Below the pieces are notes generated by a model. It was given only the letters and a program-made list of their open reading frames with translations. It was not told the DNA's origin and made no database searches. DNA of 64,000 nt, taken from positions 53,134,001 to 53,198,000 of the forward strand of contig OX597819.1 in NCBI GenBank assembly GCA_951406725.2, in the 5' to 3' direction. The position numbers and the translations under genes were made by a program. Numbering within the stretch: position 1 is the first letter of the stretch; every line of letters starts with the position of its first letter. Shown in pieces: positions 1 through 12,864 of the stretch. This DNA comes from Octopus vulgaris. Its lineage: Eukaryota.

Positions 1-164
1 GGAGAAAGTGTATGTAAGTGTGGGTGAGGGAGAGAAATTGTTTGTGAGAATTAAACGGAGAGAGAGTGAGAGAGAGTGTATGTGAGAGAGAAACAAGGAG
101 AAATACTGTGAGAGAAGAAAACAAAGTGAGAGAGAGAAAGAATGATACACAGAAATTGTGAAAG

Positions 165-196
<32 letters not shown>

Positions 197-642
197 CAAC
201 TGTATATGAGTGAGAAATAGTGATTGTCAGAGGAGAGAAACAGGGAGAGATTGTATGTGAAAGAGATAGAAACAGCTTTGTGTGTGTGTGTGAGCTTGTG
301 AGTGTGTGAGTGAGAGAGAGAGAAAGAGAGAGGGAAAGGGAGGGGGAGAGAGAGATAATGTGAGAATCAGAAGTAGGGAGAAGTTGTATGCATTAAGGAA
401 TGGTAAGTACAGAAAGAGATGATACAGGTTGTGTGTGAGTGGCAGAGAGAGGTAGGTATGATACAAATACAGAAAATGTTTGAGAGAGAGAGAGATGTCA
501 GAAGAGAAGAGAAACTATGAAACAGAGGGAAACTGAGAATGAAAATATGAAGGAGAGAGAATGTGTGATAGCAGAAAGGAGGATGGCGATAGAGAGAGGA
601 AAATGTTTAACACAAATATGAGAGAGAGAGAGAGAGAGAGAG
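1..642. repeat. GA/GT-rich purine low-complexity region with (GA)n tracts
   Basis: Runs of GAGA at about 168-197 and 619-642 within degenerate GA/GT sequence. Confidence 0.9.
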
Positions 643-1154
643 TAAATATAAGAAACTACCACCAAGAATTTATATCAAATTACTGTGTTGCCACTTGAAT
701 TGTCTCAGCACTTCTATAAATCACATATTCAAACACCATTTCCTTCAGCACTTCGGCTCAAATGAGAAATTCCATCAGGTCTCAAGGTAAATGCATTTGA
801 CAGTGCAGATGCTTGAAAAGAGTTTCGTACATTCCACCATTCCACTACCAGCGAAGGCGGGGAGCAGTAGATAACAGCAAGAAGCATATAGAGTGATAAA
901 TATTTACAATTACAAGAGAGAGAAGTTTGACAGTTTGGGTTCATACACTCTGGTGAAACATTACTTTGAAGACTGTCGAACAGCATCTATTTAACAGCTT
1001 CATGGGGTGTTACTAGACCTTTTTTTTTTCCCTTTTCCTTTGTATTTTCTTTTTTCTTTTTCTTTTCTATAATATCAAGCTCATTCCCACTAAGCCAGTT
1101 GCTCCATGTATTGCAACCTTCGGACCTCCAACTCCCACCCCAGACCTCTCTTAC

Positions 1155-1246
1155 CCTTTCTTTGCCTTAAAACTCGTTGCACTTTGGGAGGTGTCCCGAG
1201 AGAGATTTAGAGGTACAAGCTGTGAATTTTGAAAAGTTCGGTGCAT
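1155..1246 (-). CDS. Candidate first coding exon of an unidentified minus-strand gene (MHRTFQNSQLVPLNLSRDTSQSATSFKAKK, phase-2 donor)
   Basis: ATG at 1246, 30 open non-repetitive codons, then AAAGG|GTAAGA donor at 1154. An internal CAG acceptor at 1220-1221 is an alternative start. No homology recognised. Confidence 0.35.
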
Positions 1247-1884
1247 TTCACAAATTGTGCTCACACACACACACACACACATACACTGTATGTGTGAGTG
1301 AATGTGGTTGGTCCAATGTTGTATTCTAGCCTTTCTCTCTGTTTTAATAATGGTGGTGAAAACGGGTGGGAGAAACATAACTGTTATTCAGCAACAGGTG
1401 TAGTTTTCAACAATGAACTTCCATGGGTTGAAAATTCCCATTATTTACTACCGCCTGGTGATCAGCTTGACTGTTGAAAGATGTTGGAAATCAAATTATT
1501 TCTCCAACTCCTCCTCCTTCTTGCTACTGCCATCATCATGCACATTGCTGATACAGCTTACATCCCTACCACCACTACCACCACTAACAACAACAACTTC
1601 CTCAAATAATGGGGGGAAACTATCTTAAACAAACCCACATTTGGCAGGTTTGTTGCCTTAATGCTCAAGGAATACATACATACTTATATACATACATACA
1701 TACATACATACATGTGTGTGTGTGTGTGTGAATAAAAGAAATTGTGTATATAAATAGATTATAACTGCCACTGTTATGTTTAGAGCTCCATATGGATTAT
1801 CATGATCCAGGCTACTTCCAATATAGTTACTAACTAACTCCTATACTGAGAGGTATTACCAGTTATGAACTACAGAGCAATGTA

Positions 1885-2146
1885 GGAAAAATAAGGATAA
1901 ACACAAGTTTGTATTATAGTTCCTATGTGTGTTTCATCTTTATGGCTGTTTGGAGCCCTGCTGCAGGTGTTCCAAGTACTTTTTGATGCTCAAATACAGT
2001 TAGATCATCAAGGAACACTTCATTGCATTAACTTACAGATGACTATCACAAATGGAACACCTTACTACAGGGCTCCAAACATCCATAATGGTGAAAATGT
2101 GCACAACAAGAACTATTATAAAAACTTGTGTTTATCCTTATTTCTC
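1885..2146. mobile_element. Palindromic MITE (Tc1/mariner-like), about 90 bp imperfect inverted arms
   Basis: aataaggataaacacaagttt..ttatggctgtttggagccctg..ggtgttcca pairs with tggaacacc..cagggctccaaacatccataa..aaacttgtgtttatccttatt; abuts a TA run. Confidence 0.75.
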
Positions 2147-2177
<31 letters not shown>

Positions 2178-2183
2178 AATATA

Positions 2184-2370
2184 TCATCATCATCATCATT
2201 TAGCACCCACTTTCCATGCTGGTATGGGTTAGACAGTTTGACTGGAACTGGTAAGCTGGAGAACTGAACCAGGTTCCAATCAGATTTTGGCTTCATTTCT
2301 ATAGTTGGATGCCCTTCCGAATGCAAACCACTAAGAGTGTAATGGGTACCTTTTATATGTCACCAACATG
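2184..2370 (-). mobile_element. SINE 3' fragment with (GAT)n tail (RTE-type tail)
   Basis: catcatcat..ttccatgctggtatgggttagacagttt..ggatgcccttcc; a similar copy lies at about 44843-45040. Confidence 0.7.
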
Positions 2371-2462
2371 GATATGCACACATACACACACACATATTAG
2401 TGACTTAGGCAATATAAATACAGAAAGGTAACATTTAGGCCCACTTATACATGGATGTTAGG

Positions 2463-2551
2463 ACCAAAAGCCAATATGAGAGTTTCTCTCAGGGCATCTA
2501 CCACAATATACCATGGTAGATACCATGAGAGAAACTCTATTGGCTTTTGGT
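2463..2551. other. Isolated stem-loop, about 38 bp stem and 10 nt loop
   Basis: accaaaagccaata..agagtttctctcagggcatctacca / tggtagataccatgagagaaactctattggcttttggt. Confidence 0.8.
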
Positions 2552-5500
2552 GCAAAGTGTGCATTTGTTTATATTACTAGCAGGGACATAAATCCCTGCC
2601 ACCTCCAGCACTGAGACCAACAGATCATGTGATTCTAACCACCTGTGGTCTCATCAATGATGGACACTTATCTGCTAGAGATAGCAGCGACTCATCTCCC
2701 TACTAGCAATATATATATATATATATCATCATCATCATTATCATCGTTTAACATCCACCACCATATATATTGAGAGAGAGAGAGAGAGGAGAGAGAGAGA
2801 CCTGGTTTGATCACCTGATGATTTCTTTTCACACAGCAAGAAGACCAATTTTAAAACAGAGAGTGCTAGAAATAAATGCAGCTAACACAATACATTACTG
2901 GTGTTTGTTTTATTATTCCCAGCAGAATGAAAAGCAAAGCTAACCCTACACCATTATTTGAAGCCAGAGCACTGAGTCACCAAGGCAGATATTGTGAACC
3001 ATCCAGTTCTGTTCTTTTTTTCATTCTCACATGGATGATAAATTTGGAAGAAGGGGTTAGAAACAGAAGATATTGGTCCATGAAGTCTTTTCTGAGGACA
3101 TCAGTGCAATGTAAATGTCCTATTTTTCACCCTCCAGGTTGAAGTATTCTCCTGAATTGCTAAAAGTAGCAAATAAATATCCTTCAAATTATACCCTACC
3201 ATTTTTCTTCTTTCTTTTTTTTTTTGTACTTTTTTGTTAGAAAAAGAATGTACTGGACAATTTAATCCTACATACACTGTACCTAGAATGTCTTTTACTA
3301 AAGATTTGATTTGCTCAGAGCAAAACAATACCAAAACACCAACTGTCAGTAAATACTGCCGAATAATAATTATTGTGAATATATAAGTAACAGTAGACAC
3401 TTCTGCCTCTTTGCTAGAGTCTGACTTCTGCATTCTCTTGACAGAAGCTGTGTAATTCTGAAATTAACTTTCATGAATTGAGATTCAAAAGTTGTTCAAT
3501 CCTGCATAACTAAGAGGGAAAAAAAATATTAAGCAAATTGATATCTTCAATATTTACTGCCAAAATAGCATTTTCTATTCTTTTTTGTTGTTCTTTTTAA
3601 GGTTATTAGTGCCTGTAGGAAATACCTAGTACCATACAATACTACTCCAATTTTATTTATCTATTTCTCTTTCAGTATTTGTTTTTTTTGTGTGTGTGCG
3701 TGTGTTTCTTGTGGTGATAAAGGAATATTTTAAGACACAATAAATAAAATAAAATGTAAAAAAAAAAAAAAGGCCCAAAGGAAACAGACAGAAAATTTGA
3801 TATGATGATACAAGAAATCATATATAATTGGAATATCCATATATCTGGACATCAAAATGCGAAATGCCATAGCTTAATCAGAAACACCAGTTTCTAAGTC
3901 TCTCTTATTACACTGCAGTAGGCTGAAGTCTTACACAAAGGCCCACCTTTTTGACAACATGTCTGTCACTAGTACTTTTGTTTCATGACCATCTTGGATA
4001 AATCAGATCAGTGCTGCAGATTATGTATACTTCATGTGTGTGTGTGCGCATACATACTGAAACTTGCAGGTTTCAAACGACTTGTAAAAAAATGTCACCT
4101 TACTGTATACATCTCACAAAATGATGTTTGCACAGCAATCATACAATTACAATGGCATATACTGTTTATGTTCCAGATTTTACATACAAATGACTACAGA
4201 TGTTGTCAACTTAGATACGCTTTCTATTCTTATACCACAGCTTGTGGATTTGTGGTAAATTTATAATAAGCAGTTTCAAGTTGTAAGAACTTCTTTTTCT
4301 TTTTTCGCCCAGTTAAACTTGTCATTAGTGTTCTTTTAAGTGTCCTTATACATTTTAAATCAACTGCCATTAAATTACTGTTAAATAGTTTGTGAATCTG
4401 ACATTCGCTTTAAAACTAAATAATAGGCATCAAAATGTTGACTAGTTACAGGATTATATTGGAAATTAACAGTTTATTTTTCATAGTTGGTCTTGTTTAT
4501 TTTGACTGATATTAGGCCCTCCTGTTGTTGGAATGTAAATACAGCAGAGTTTATAAGCACATTCAACATCTATGAATTAAGAGATCCCATTCGTGTAGTT
4601 TGTTAGCTGCAGAGTTAATTGCAAATAACAAAATAAATCAGTTCTCGGCGTAAGTCTTATGTTGCCAATGATCTGTTCTCCAACAGAGACTTGAAGGCGG
4701 TAAAATTATTCATGCTAGTATACTTATATGGTAACAAATAAGTAAATAAGTCCCCTAAGCCAGTGCAACATTACACATTAATTTCTATGTATGTGTGAGT
4801 GTCTAACATGAACAAAGATATACATACATTCATATTTTAATGTAATGGCTTTCAGATGCTTTTGAATATTTCATTGTGTTTACAGGAGAAGGAGAAATGA
4901 AGAGTATTAACTTATAGTGTTTACTTTGCTTTTACATACACACCTATGTATATATAATATATATGTGCATATATATGTGTATATATATAAATGCATGTAT
5001 CGGCATATGTAACTATGTATGTATACACATATATATAAATGCATGTATCAGCACATATATGTACATACGTGTGTGCATGTGTATAAATACATGTGTGCCA
5101 GAATATGTATTATGTTTACACACACACACACGCACATATATATTTATATACATATTATGATCAGCTCTATCTTCCCCAATTACATTATGCAAGAGTCAAC
5201 TAGAAGGAAAAATAATTTGTTTGCATTTATGGTATTTTGATATACACATCTGGTTACAATAAATCCAAATGCTAGACAAGCATTTACATTCAACAAAAAT
5301 ATATATATCTCGATAAGAAAGAATAATCCCAATAACAACAACAACAATTTTGGCACGCACCCAAGATGCTAAGATATCACATACTGGATGGCGTTAACAA
5401 CTTTGACTGCAAGCAAGTCAATTAAAGCAGTAGTTATAGACAATTAGCTGCTGAAATAATGCTAGAAACCAAACCATTACCAAACATTGTAAACTCAGCG

Positions 5501-5963
5501 GTAGAACAAAAAAATGTCACTAATATGGTTTATATGATTTAATTGAGTCAAGATTGCAAGATACGTAGGTCTAAACAAACACCCAAGATCAACTTGGTAT
5601 GTAAATGTTAGTAAGCCTGCAACAAAAGCCAGTCACTTAGGAGATATTTTCACAACACATTAGGAAATTGCAATAGGGCATAACCAATTTAATCCAATAA
5701 AGATTTCAGAAGTTCAAAAGCAAACTGCTGACTAATCAAAAGCTCACATTCTTTGAATCATAAAGGCACATGCTTAATTTCTTTTCTTTTCTTTCTTTTT
5801 TTTTTTTTCATTTCTTTTTCTAACGCCATACTGGTTTCTGAGGTAGGCCCACTAGGAAGGAATTGAAAGGTAGCATAGCTCTGAGAATTTAACGTAATTA
5901 ACATTTTACATGATGTGTCAAAGGTTTAATAATTAGTGGAAAAAAACACGATGACTGGAAAAT

Positions 5964-6137
5964 AGGTGCAAGCATGGCTGTGTGGTTAAGAAGCCTACTT
6001 TGCAACTATGTGGTTTCGTGTTGTCCTACTGCACTGCACCTTGGGCAAGTTCTTTTACTATGGCCCTAAGGATGACTAATGCTTTGAGAGTAAATATGGT
6101 AAATGGAAACTGTATGGAAGCCTACCATGTGTGTGTG

Positions 6138-6169
<32 letters not shown>

Positions 6170-6612
6170 TTAAGGGCATTACTATACATAAATGCCTCAC
6201 GCTAGGAGGGACTCTTAAAGTCGACTTCAAGAGTCCTTCTGAGTGTGAGGCATTTATGAATAGTAATGCCCTTAATATAAATATATTTAAGAGGAATAAT
6301 TGATGGATTTTTCCCTTATGAGGTTTTTCATGCTAACTACTTGATAAATTCTTATATATATATATATACACAAACACACACACACACGAGTGTATGTCTT
6401 TGTGTCTGTCCTCGACCCCACCCCAATTGTTTGAGAACTAGTGTTGGTTTGTCTACGTCCTGTAACTTAACAGTTCAGCAAAAAAGGACCAAGAAAACAA
6501 GTACCAGACATTAAAAAATAAGTACTGGGGTTGATTTGTCTGACTATAACCATTTAAGGGAATGCCCCAACATGGCTACAGTTCAATGACTGAAACAAGT
6601 TGAATATAAAAG
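5964..6612 (+). mobile_element. tRNA-derived SINE family A, interrupted in its internal microsatellite by a palindromic element
   Basis: Head aggtgcaagcatggctgtgtggttaagaag..ccttgggcaag; tail ..caatgactgaaacaag; homologous to 34534-34948 and 38431-38833. Confidence 0.85.
6164..6279. repeat. Near-perfect palindrome of about 115 bp centred on GTCGAC, inserted in (TA)n
   Basis: atattaagggcattactatacataaatgcctcac..actcttaaagt|cg|acttcaagagt..gtgaggcatttatgaatagtaatgcccttaatat. Confidence 0.9.
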
Positions 6613-6875
6613 ACGTAATGTTAAATGAAAGAGCAGAAAAGACAAAAAGAGAAGACATGGCTTCTCCGAGTGAATTAACGATGTGAGATGATCAAAAAAC
6701 CTTCTCTACTTTAAGTAGATGAGGGGATGCTACTTTTCATCCCAATTATGTCTCCTTCATATAACTACCATAACCGAAAAAGTATGAAAACAATTTTTGA
6801 TAAAATAATGAAAACTCCTGTATTCAACATTCATCTATCTAATCAAATATTAATCCTCGCTACTGTAGGCACAAG

Positions 6876-7219
6876 GGTAAGGGTAAAGACCCCCTTCAGT
6901 CATGAATGACCATGGGATTGCACCTAGAAAGTTACCCTCCTAGACACAAGTCCGGGCAAGGTTGTTTATGGAAGACCAGCAGTCGCCCATGCATACCAGC
7001 CTCCCCTCTCCACGCCACCAGTGTTATCCAAGGGAAAGACAAAGGTCGATACAGCTTGGCACCAATGACGTCGCAACTCATTTCTACAGCTGAGTGAACT
7101 GGAGCAACGTGAAATAAAGTGCCTTGCTCAGGAACACAACACGCAGCCCGGTCCGGGATTCAAGCTCACAACCTCACGATCGTAAGCTCGACGCTCTAAC
7201 CACTGAGCCATGCGCCTTC
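6876..7219 (-). mobile_element. Young full-length tRNA-derived SINE (family B) with a 14-bp target-site duplication
   Basis: TSD actgtaggcacaag at 6862-6875 and 7220-7233. The minus-strand head has A box TGGCTCAGTGG, an anticodon-like CTTACGA and a B-box-like TTGAATCC. Tail TTTACCCTTACCC; CpGs retained. Confidence 0.92.
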
Positions 7220-7233
7220 ACTGTAGGCACAAG

Positions 7234-7585
7234 ACCTGACATTTTTGAGGAGGGAGCTAGTTGATTACATCAAACCAGTATGCAACTAGTACTTAATTTC
7301 ATCGACCCCTGAAAGGTTGAAAGGACAAAATCAAACCTTGGCAGAACTTAAACATGAACTCAGTATATAGAGACAGGTAAAATTCAGGTAAGCATTTTGC
7401 CCAGGGTGCAAACAATTTTTTTATACTCTAGGCCTGAAATTTTGGGGGAGGGGGCCAGTTGATTAGATTGATCCCAGTATGCAACTAGTACTTAATTTAT
7501 CGACCCCAAAAGGTTGAAAGGCTAAGTCAACCTCAGCTGAATTTGAACTCAGAATTTGCAAACAATTCTGTCAGCTCACTGCCTT
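7234..7585 (-). mobile_element. Two adjacent family-C SINEs (Nin/Deu-domain-like); the first is split by the family-B insertion
   Basis: Both contain cttaattt..tcgacccc..aaaggttgaaagg; homologous to 32264-32486. Confidence 0.8.
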
Positions 7586-7689
7586 CTAATCAAATATTAA
7601 CAATCAGATCAACCTAACTATTGAATACCTAACAACTATGTAGCAAGATTTGTCAATATGTTAACTATCAAAACTACCAAATACTTTAA

Positions 7690-7911
7690 CCCTTTCATTA
7701 CCATATTTCTGTTGAAATAGTTTACTACTTTTTGTTTTGGTTAATTTTGAAAATAATTAAAAATTTAATGACATAGCAGTAATTAAGCTGTTGTTTGGAA
7801 CATAAACTAAGGAGAAATTTGGATGAAAGGCTTTAATTTTTGAACACTTTAAAACAGTAATTTTATACTATACAATTAGGGATGGTCTTGAGCAGGTTGA
7901 TATCAAAAGGA
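7690..7911. mobile_element. piggyBac-type MITE
   Basis: TTAA-ccctttc ... tatcaaaagga-TTAA. Confidence 0.6.
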
Positions 7912-8244
7912 TTAATATTTTCATTTGATATTCATTAAATTTATTTTCCCTTAATATTGGAGGCTATTTCTCTCCTTTGTTCTCGAATACAGTGCAGTGT
8001 TTCATTGTATTACATCTGCATTCAGAAGTGCTGCCCAATTTTTGAGCCTATGCATAAAGTATTCATGTTTTCACCACTAGTGGCTGTTAAAGCTCTCAAT
8101 CTTGTCAGAAAACTGCTTCAATGAACTGTTAGCCTGCTAGTCAAATTGCCCTTCTTTCATAAGCAAATAAAAGACTACTTCTTTTTCTTTTTAGTAGAAA
8201 TCAATCAGTCTACTCCAACAAAACTTTTATCTTTTACATCTACT

Positions 8245-8275
<31 letters not shown>

Positions 8276-8654
8276 TATAGAAGGGGCTTTCACAAGTACA
8301 AAAGTGATAATTCTGGCCATTTCTTGTCCTGTGTTAGAAGCAACAGTACAATAGTTGAACTGAAAGTTCCAGTATGAAGAAATTAAATTATCAACTATCT
8401 TAAGAAGACATATTGTTCATAGCTTTTAGATATATAAGTTTACAGAACCAATATTTTTTAACAACAAAACAAAAAATTAAGGTTAATCATCTGTAGATTC
8501 TCTCTCTAGAAAGATCTCCAGAAGTAAATCTAAAAGTTACTTGTAATTGACATATCTGGTACTGTTTGTAAAATGTATCTTAAGTGTGGTAAACAAAGGA
8601 AAAACCCCGATTAATAATTGAACCTCAATCTACTGTTCATTTGCAAGAAATGGT

Positions 8655-9080
8655 AGATTCATTCATTTGTTTCTTCATTTTACATCCAGTTTTCCATGCG
8701 AGTATGAGTGAGATGAGTATATATATATTATCCATTTTTCAAGTAAAAGGAAATGCTATTCCACTACTAGTCTTTGGAAGCACAGAACTAAATGACGATT
8801 TGTTGACAGCAAATATCAGCAAAACATCATTTCTTTTTACAACTCAGCACTTACATGAAAAGAGACAGAATATAAACATGCATACAAATACACATATGCA
8901 TGTTCATACATACGATGAGCTTCTATATTGCTGCTGCCTCCAACCAATTCCACTCACAAGACACTGATCAACCCAAAGCAACAGTAGAAAACACTTGATC
9001 AAAGTGCCAGGGGAAGATAGAACTGGAGCTTGTATGGTTACCTAGCAACCTCCATATAAACACAGAGATGCCTGCACACA
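8655..9080 (-). mobile_element. Degenerate family-A SINE
   Basis: ccaattccactcacaagacac..gtagaaaacacttgatcaaagtgcc. Confidence 0.6.
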
Positions 9081-10140
9081 TAAGTTATGAGAAATGACAA
9101 TGTAATAGACCTGGAGTATCAAAGATGCCATGCAAGGCAATCAGCCACTATCTTGAAATACTAATTCAAATTTGATACTAACCATGACAACATACAAGAA
9201 ATTATGAAGATTTTTATCTCTAATTGTAAACAAGTAATGAATAAATATTTCAATACTTTGATAGAAAAATGGTTCAATAAACAGTATCAAGTGAGAATGC
9301 ATAAAGAGTGCAGAATGAAGTGTTACAAAATATGAGTTGTGAAAACTTTTTTTTTTACAAATGAAAACTCCAATTATTATCATAGAAAAAGAAAAATAAG
9401 AAAAAGATGAAAGCTAGCAGGCATTAGCTGTGTTCAAATTGCAGACTTCTAACTACATATAAAATGACTAATATCATTAATTTGATACAGTATTCTATTA
9501 ATATTGAATTCTCACTGTTGATATGCCAGTTTAAGATGCTGTGTCTATGATAATTGACTCAATCAAAATAAGCAGAATGAATAATGTGGCTCTTGAAAAA
9601 CAATGAACAGCAAGAAATTTCACTGACAGACTCTTGGCTAAGTCAGCTCAGAGCAAGATTGGCTACAACTCAGAAATGATAATCAAGTATGTGAAATGCC
9701 ATAGAGGTGAATATGCTTCACTCTTTGTACACAATACACCAAACAATTATCAAAATACTGGCATATAGAAACACTGACAGGTGAAAAGAAAAGACATAAT
9801 ATCGGATCCAAAATGAATTTGTTTTTATGGTCCTAATTACAAAAAGAGCGGAAAGCAAAAGATGGATGACGCATCCAATAACACATTACGAGAAGAGGAG
9901 GAGTTCCAATTCAAATGACAAGGAGGAAAACCTAGGCATACAGAGGTGGATATGTGCATCAGGATATGGCAGCAGGAGTAAAGATAACAATAAAACTCTT
10001 AGCATCCTACTTCAACACCATATGTAAAAGTGGATAGAACCTTATTGTTGAAACATTCAAATGTTGAAAGTTAATTTAAATCAGAACAGTTTACATATAA
10101 CATACATGACACTTAAATATGACATTTAATTGTAAACTGT

Positions 10141-10175
<35 letters not shown>

Positions 10176-10959
10176 TCTTTATTCCTACCAAAAGGACTTA
10201 TTCATACATATAACAAAATGCATACTAAGGTGTAATATATGCGAATAAACAAAACTAAGTTATATAGGAAAATTATAGGGGGACAAAGACATACAATATA
10301 TTAAGACTTATTAAGATTTTGACATTACACATAGTAATTACACAAAATATATAATTACAAAACAGATCTATAAACCAACCAGATATAAGTGATAAACCAT
10401 CAGTGAGTTTGTTTTAGAGCAACCCACAACTCTCTTCGTACTCACTGGAACCTTGTACGTCCAAGACACTTGCATTTTCTGCATTAGAGGGCACAAGTAG
10501 CATCTTGTGTGTTCTGGGCTGACAATTTTCAGGTTATGATTGTTTCATAGTGTGTTTTTTACCAACATTCTAGTATCTGAGTGTCTTTCTAAATTACCTA
10601 ACCTTTTGTCCACCTCATCATTTGCTCAATGTCTGCCATCAGTTCCTTCAGAAAAACAATGATGATTTACACAACAATGAAATTCATACCTTTGATAGAA
10701 GCCTCTCCCTTGCACATTCTATTTGTTTTCCATTTAAGTAGGCTTTTCTTTTTGAAGCCATAACAAAAGCACCATGTTTTTCAAGAGGTAAGGCTGTGTC
10801 ACTTCTCTATTCACCCTTCCTTTGATAAGGTGGTCAAGCAACAAAGCAAAATCTTTTTGTTATACATCTCTCCATGTACTGCTTAGCAATACTGCTGCTG
10901 TTACAATCTCTAGTTTTTAATTTCTTGTTGTTACTTGTGTGCATTGTTTCATCAGAATC

Positions 10960-11462
10960 GTCATTGTTTTAACATCTATTTTTCCATGTTTGCATGGATC
11001 AGATGGGAGTACATTAGGAACAAAGTATTTTGTGGCTGGATGTTCTTCCAGACTCCAACCTCCATCTGTTTCCATGTGAAGGAACAATATCCCAGTGTAT
11101 CAAACAATAAACAGCCTGAATATGGTTATCAGGAGAACTAGAAGCAAAAGACACCGTATAAATCAGCCTTTTGTTTACAAAGGCCAAGCAGTATGTTAAG
11201 ACATGTCAAGAAGTTTGAATGTGCTTTCATGGTGGACTGCAAGCAAAATACCCTGTCTGTATGAACAGTGACTTCTTTGTCTACAATCAGTAAATTCACA
11301 TGAAGATGAGTGGAAATACAAACTCACAAACACACATAATAAGCTTCTTTCAGCTTTTGTCTACCAAATCTGCTTACAAGGCTTTAGTTGACCCACGACA
11401 AATGTAGAAGACACTTCTCTAACATGTTGGGAAGCAAACTTCTTAACCACACAACCATGCTT
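10960..11462 (-). mobile_element. Degenerate family-A SINE pieces with RTE-type tail
   Basis: catctatttttccatgtttgcatgg..; tttgtctaccaaatctgcttacaaggctt..cttaaccacacaaccatgc. Confidence 0.6.
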
Positions 11463-11996
11463 AAACCTTTGTGTTACAAATGCATTTGTTTGAGGAATCG
11501 CTATTCTATTGTATGCCATTTTTAAAAAAAAATATCAATGTATGCGATTGTAATTGTATGTGCTGATTTAATTGTCATCACTTTTGATTCTGTTTTGGGT
11601 TTTCTTCTTCTTTAAACTTTGTTTTTATGCAATTTTCAAAAAATTTTCTCAAAATTATTCAAGGTGTACTACTGCCTTTGTGGTTAAAATGGTTATCATC
11701 TCTTCCTCACTACTCCACAGGAAGTAGCCATCTTGAAACACAAGTCAAAAAATGCTTACAAATTATAATTGAAAATGTTCGAAGACAAACCCTTTTTTTT
11801 TTTTTTTCTCACCCCAAGGTAAATGGGTTAAATACTAAAAGAAATGTTCCAAAGTCTTCCAATGGCAAAATAATTGATAAAAGAAAAATTTTCAATAAAT
11901 CTTGGCGTTAACTCAAATTCCTCGCAGCAAATCTAATGACACATCTTTTCATGCTAAATAACAATGACGATGACGATGATGATGGTGATTGTTTTG

Positions 11997-12280
11997 GAAT
12001 TAGGTACAAGGCCAACAGTTATGAAGGATGAGGTTTAGTTGATGCCATCAACCTCGGAACCCGGCTGGTACTTTAATTTAACAACTCCAAAAGGATGAAA
12101 GGCAAAATTGATCTTGACAGAATTTCAACTCCTGACAAGGGTACAGACAAAAAGACAGATATGATGGGTTTCTTTTATTCTCCGTCTACCATATCCACTC
12201 ACAAGGCTTTGGTTGACATAGGGCTAGTATAGTAGAAGACACCCAAGGTGCCATGCAATGAAACTGAACCAAAGACCACA
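11997..12280 (-). mobile_element. Family-C SINE fragment followed by a family-A fragment
   Basis: aaaaggatgaaaggcaaaattgatc; ccgtctaccatatccactcacaaggctttgg. Confidence 0.65.
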
Positions 12281-12540
12281 ATTTACTTGATGGGCTTATA
12301 TGGAGTTTCCGCCCGCCCAATTTTTCTCAAAAAATATGGGTTGACTCAAGGCTATAAAAAATTACATTTGCGCAAGATGCTACACAGTAGAACTATGTAT
12401 ATATTCCTCTCAATCAAGGAAGCCCTATCCAATCCATGAGATCATGAAAACACAGTCCTATATTTAAGAGATAAGAAATTATGTACATTATTTGCATTAT
12501 TTACATTTGATGGATATTTGTCCTCATCTTGTTTATTGTT

Positions 12541-12586
12541 AACACAACATTTCGGCTGATATACCCTCCAGCCTTCATCATGTGTC
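12541..12586 (-). ncRNA. Decayed minimal type-I hammerhead ribozyme, left arm
   Basis: GACAC aUGAUGA A GGCUG..CAGCC GAAAu GUU GUGUU: stems I and II intact, with C3>A and a stem-III C>U. Confidence 0.65.
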
Positions 12587-12818
12587 TTTGGGAAATTTCG
12601 AACCTGAATTCATTTCTCATTCCTAAGGTATTTTTTGATGTTGGTGTTATTATTATTATTACTATTATTATTCAGGTCACTGCCTGGAATCGAACTCGGA
12701 ATCTTGGAATTAGTAGAGTTCGATTCTAGGCAGTGACGATGGTGGTGGTGGCGCCAGCACCATCATCATCATCAAAAAATACCTTAGGAATGAGAACCCA
12801 GGTTCAAAATTTCCCCAA

Positions 12819-12864
12819 GACACCTGATGAAGGCTGGAAGTTATATCAGCCAAAACGTTGAGTT
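12819..12864 (+). ncRNA. Decayed minimal type-I hammerhead ribozyme, right arm
   Basis: GACAC CUGAUGA A GGCUG..CAGCC aAAAC GUU GaGUU: CUGAUGA intact, GAAA>AAAA, one stem-I mismatch. Confidence 0.65.

Noticed and set aside
825-839. 15-mer tcgtacattccacca shared with 37939-37953 (WWNVR in two ORFs)
   Set aside because: A 15-nt match is expected by chance in 64 kb and the flanks do not align
4529-4539. TGGAATGTAAA, the first 11 nt of miR-1
   Set aside because: The 3' half differs and the match lies in the loop of a tiny stem, not on an arm
7145-7219. tRNA-like sequence
   Set aside because: It is the head of a SINE with TSD, not a tRNA gene
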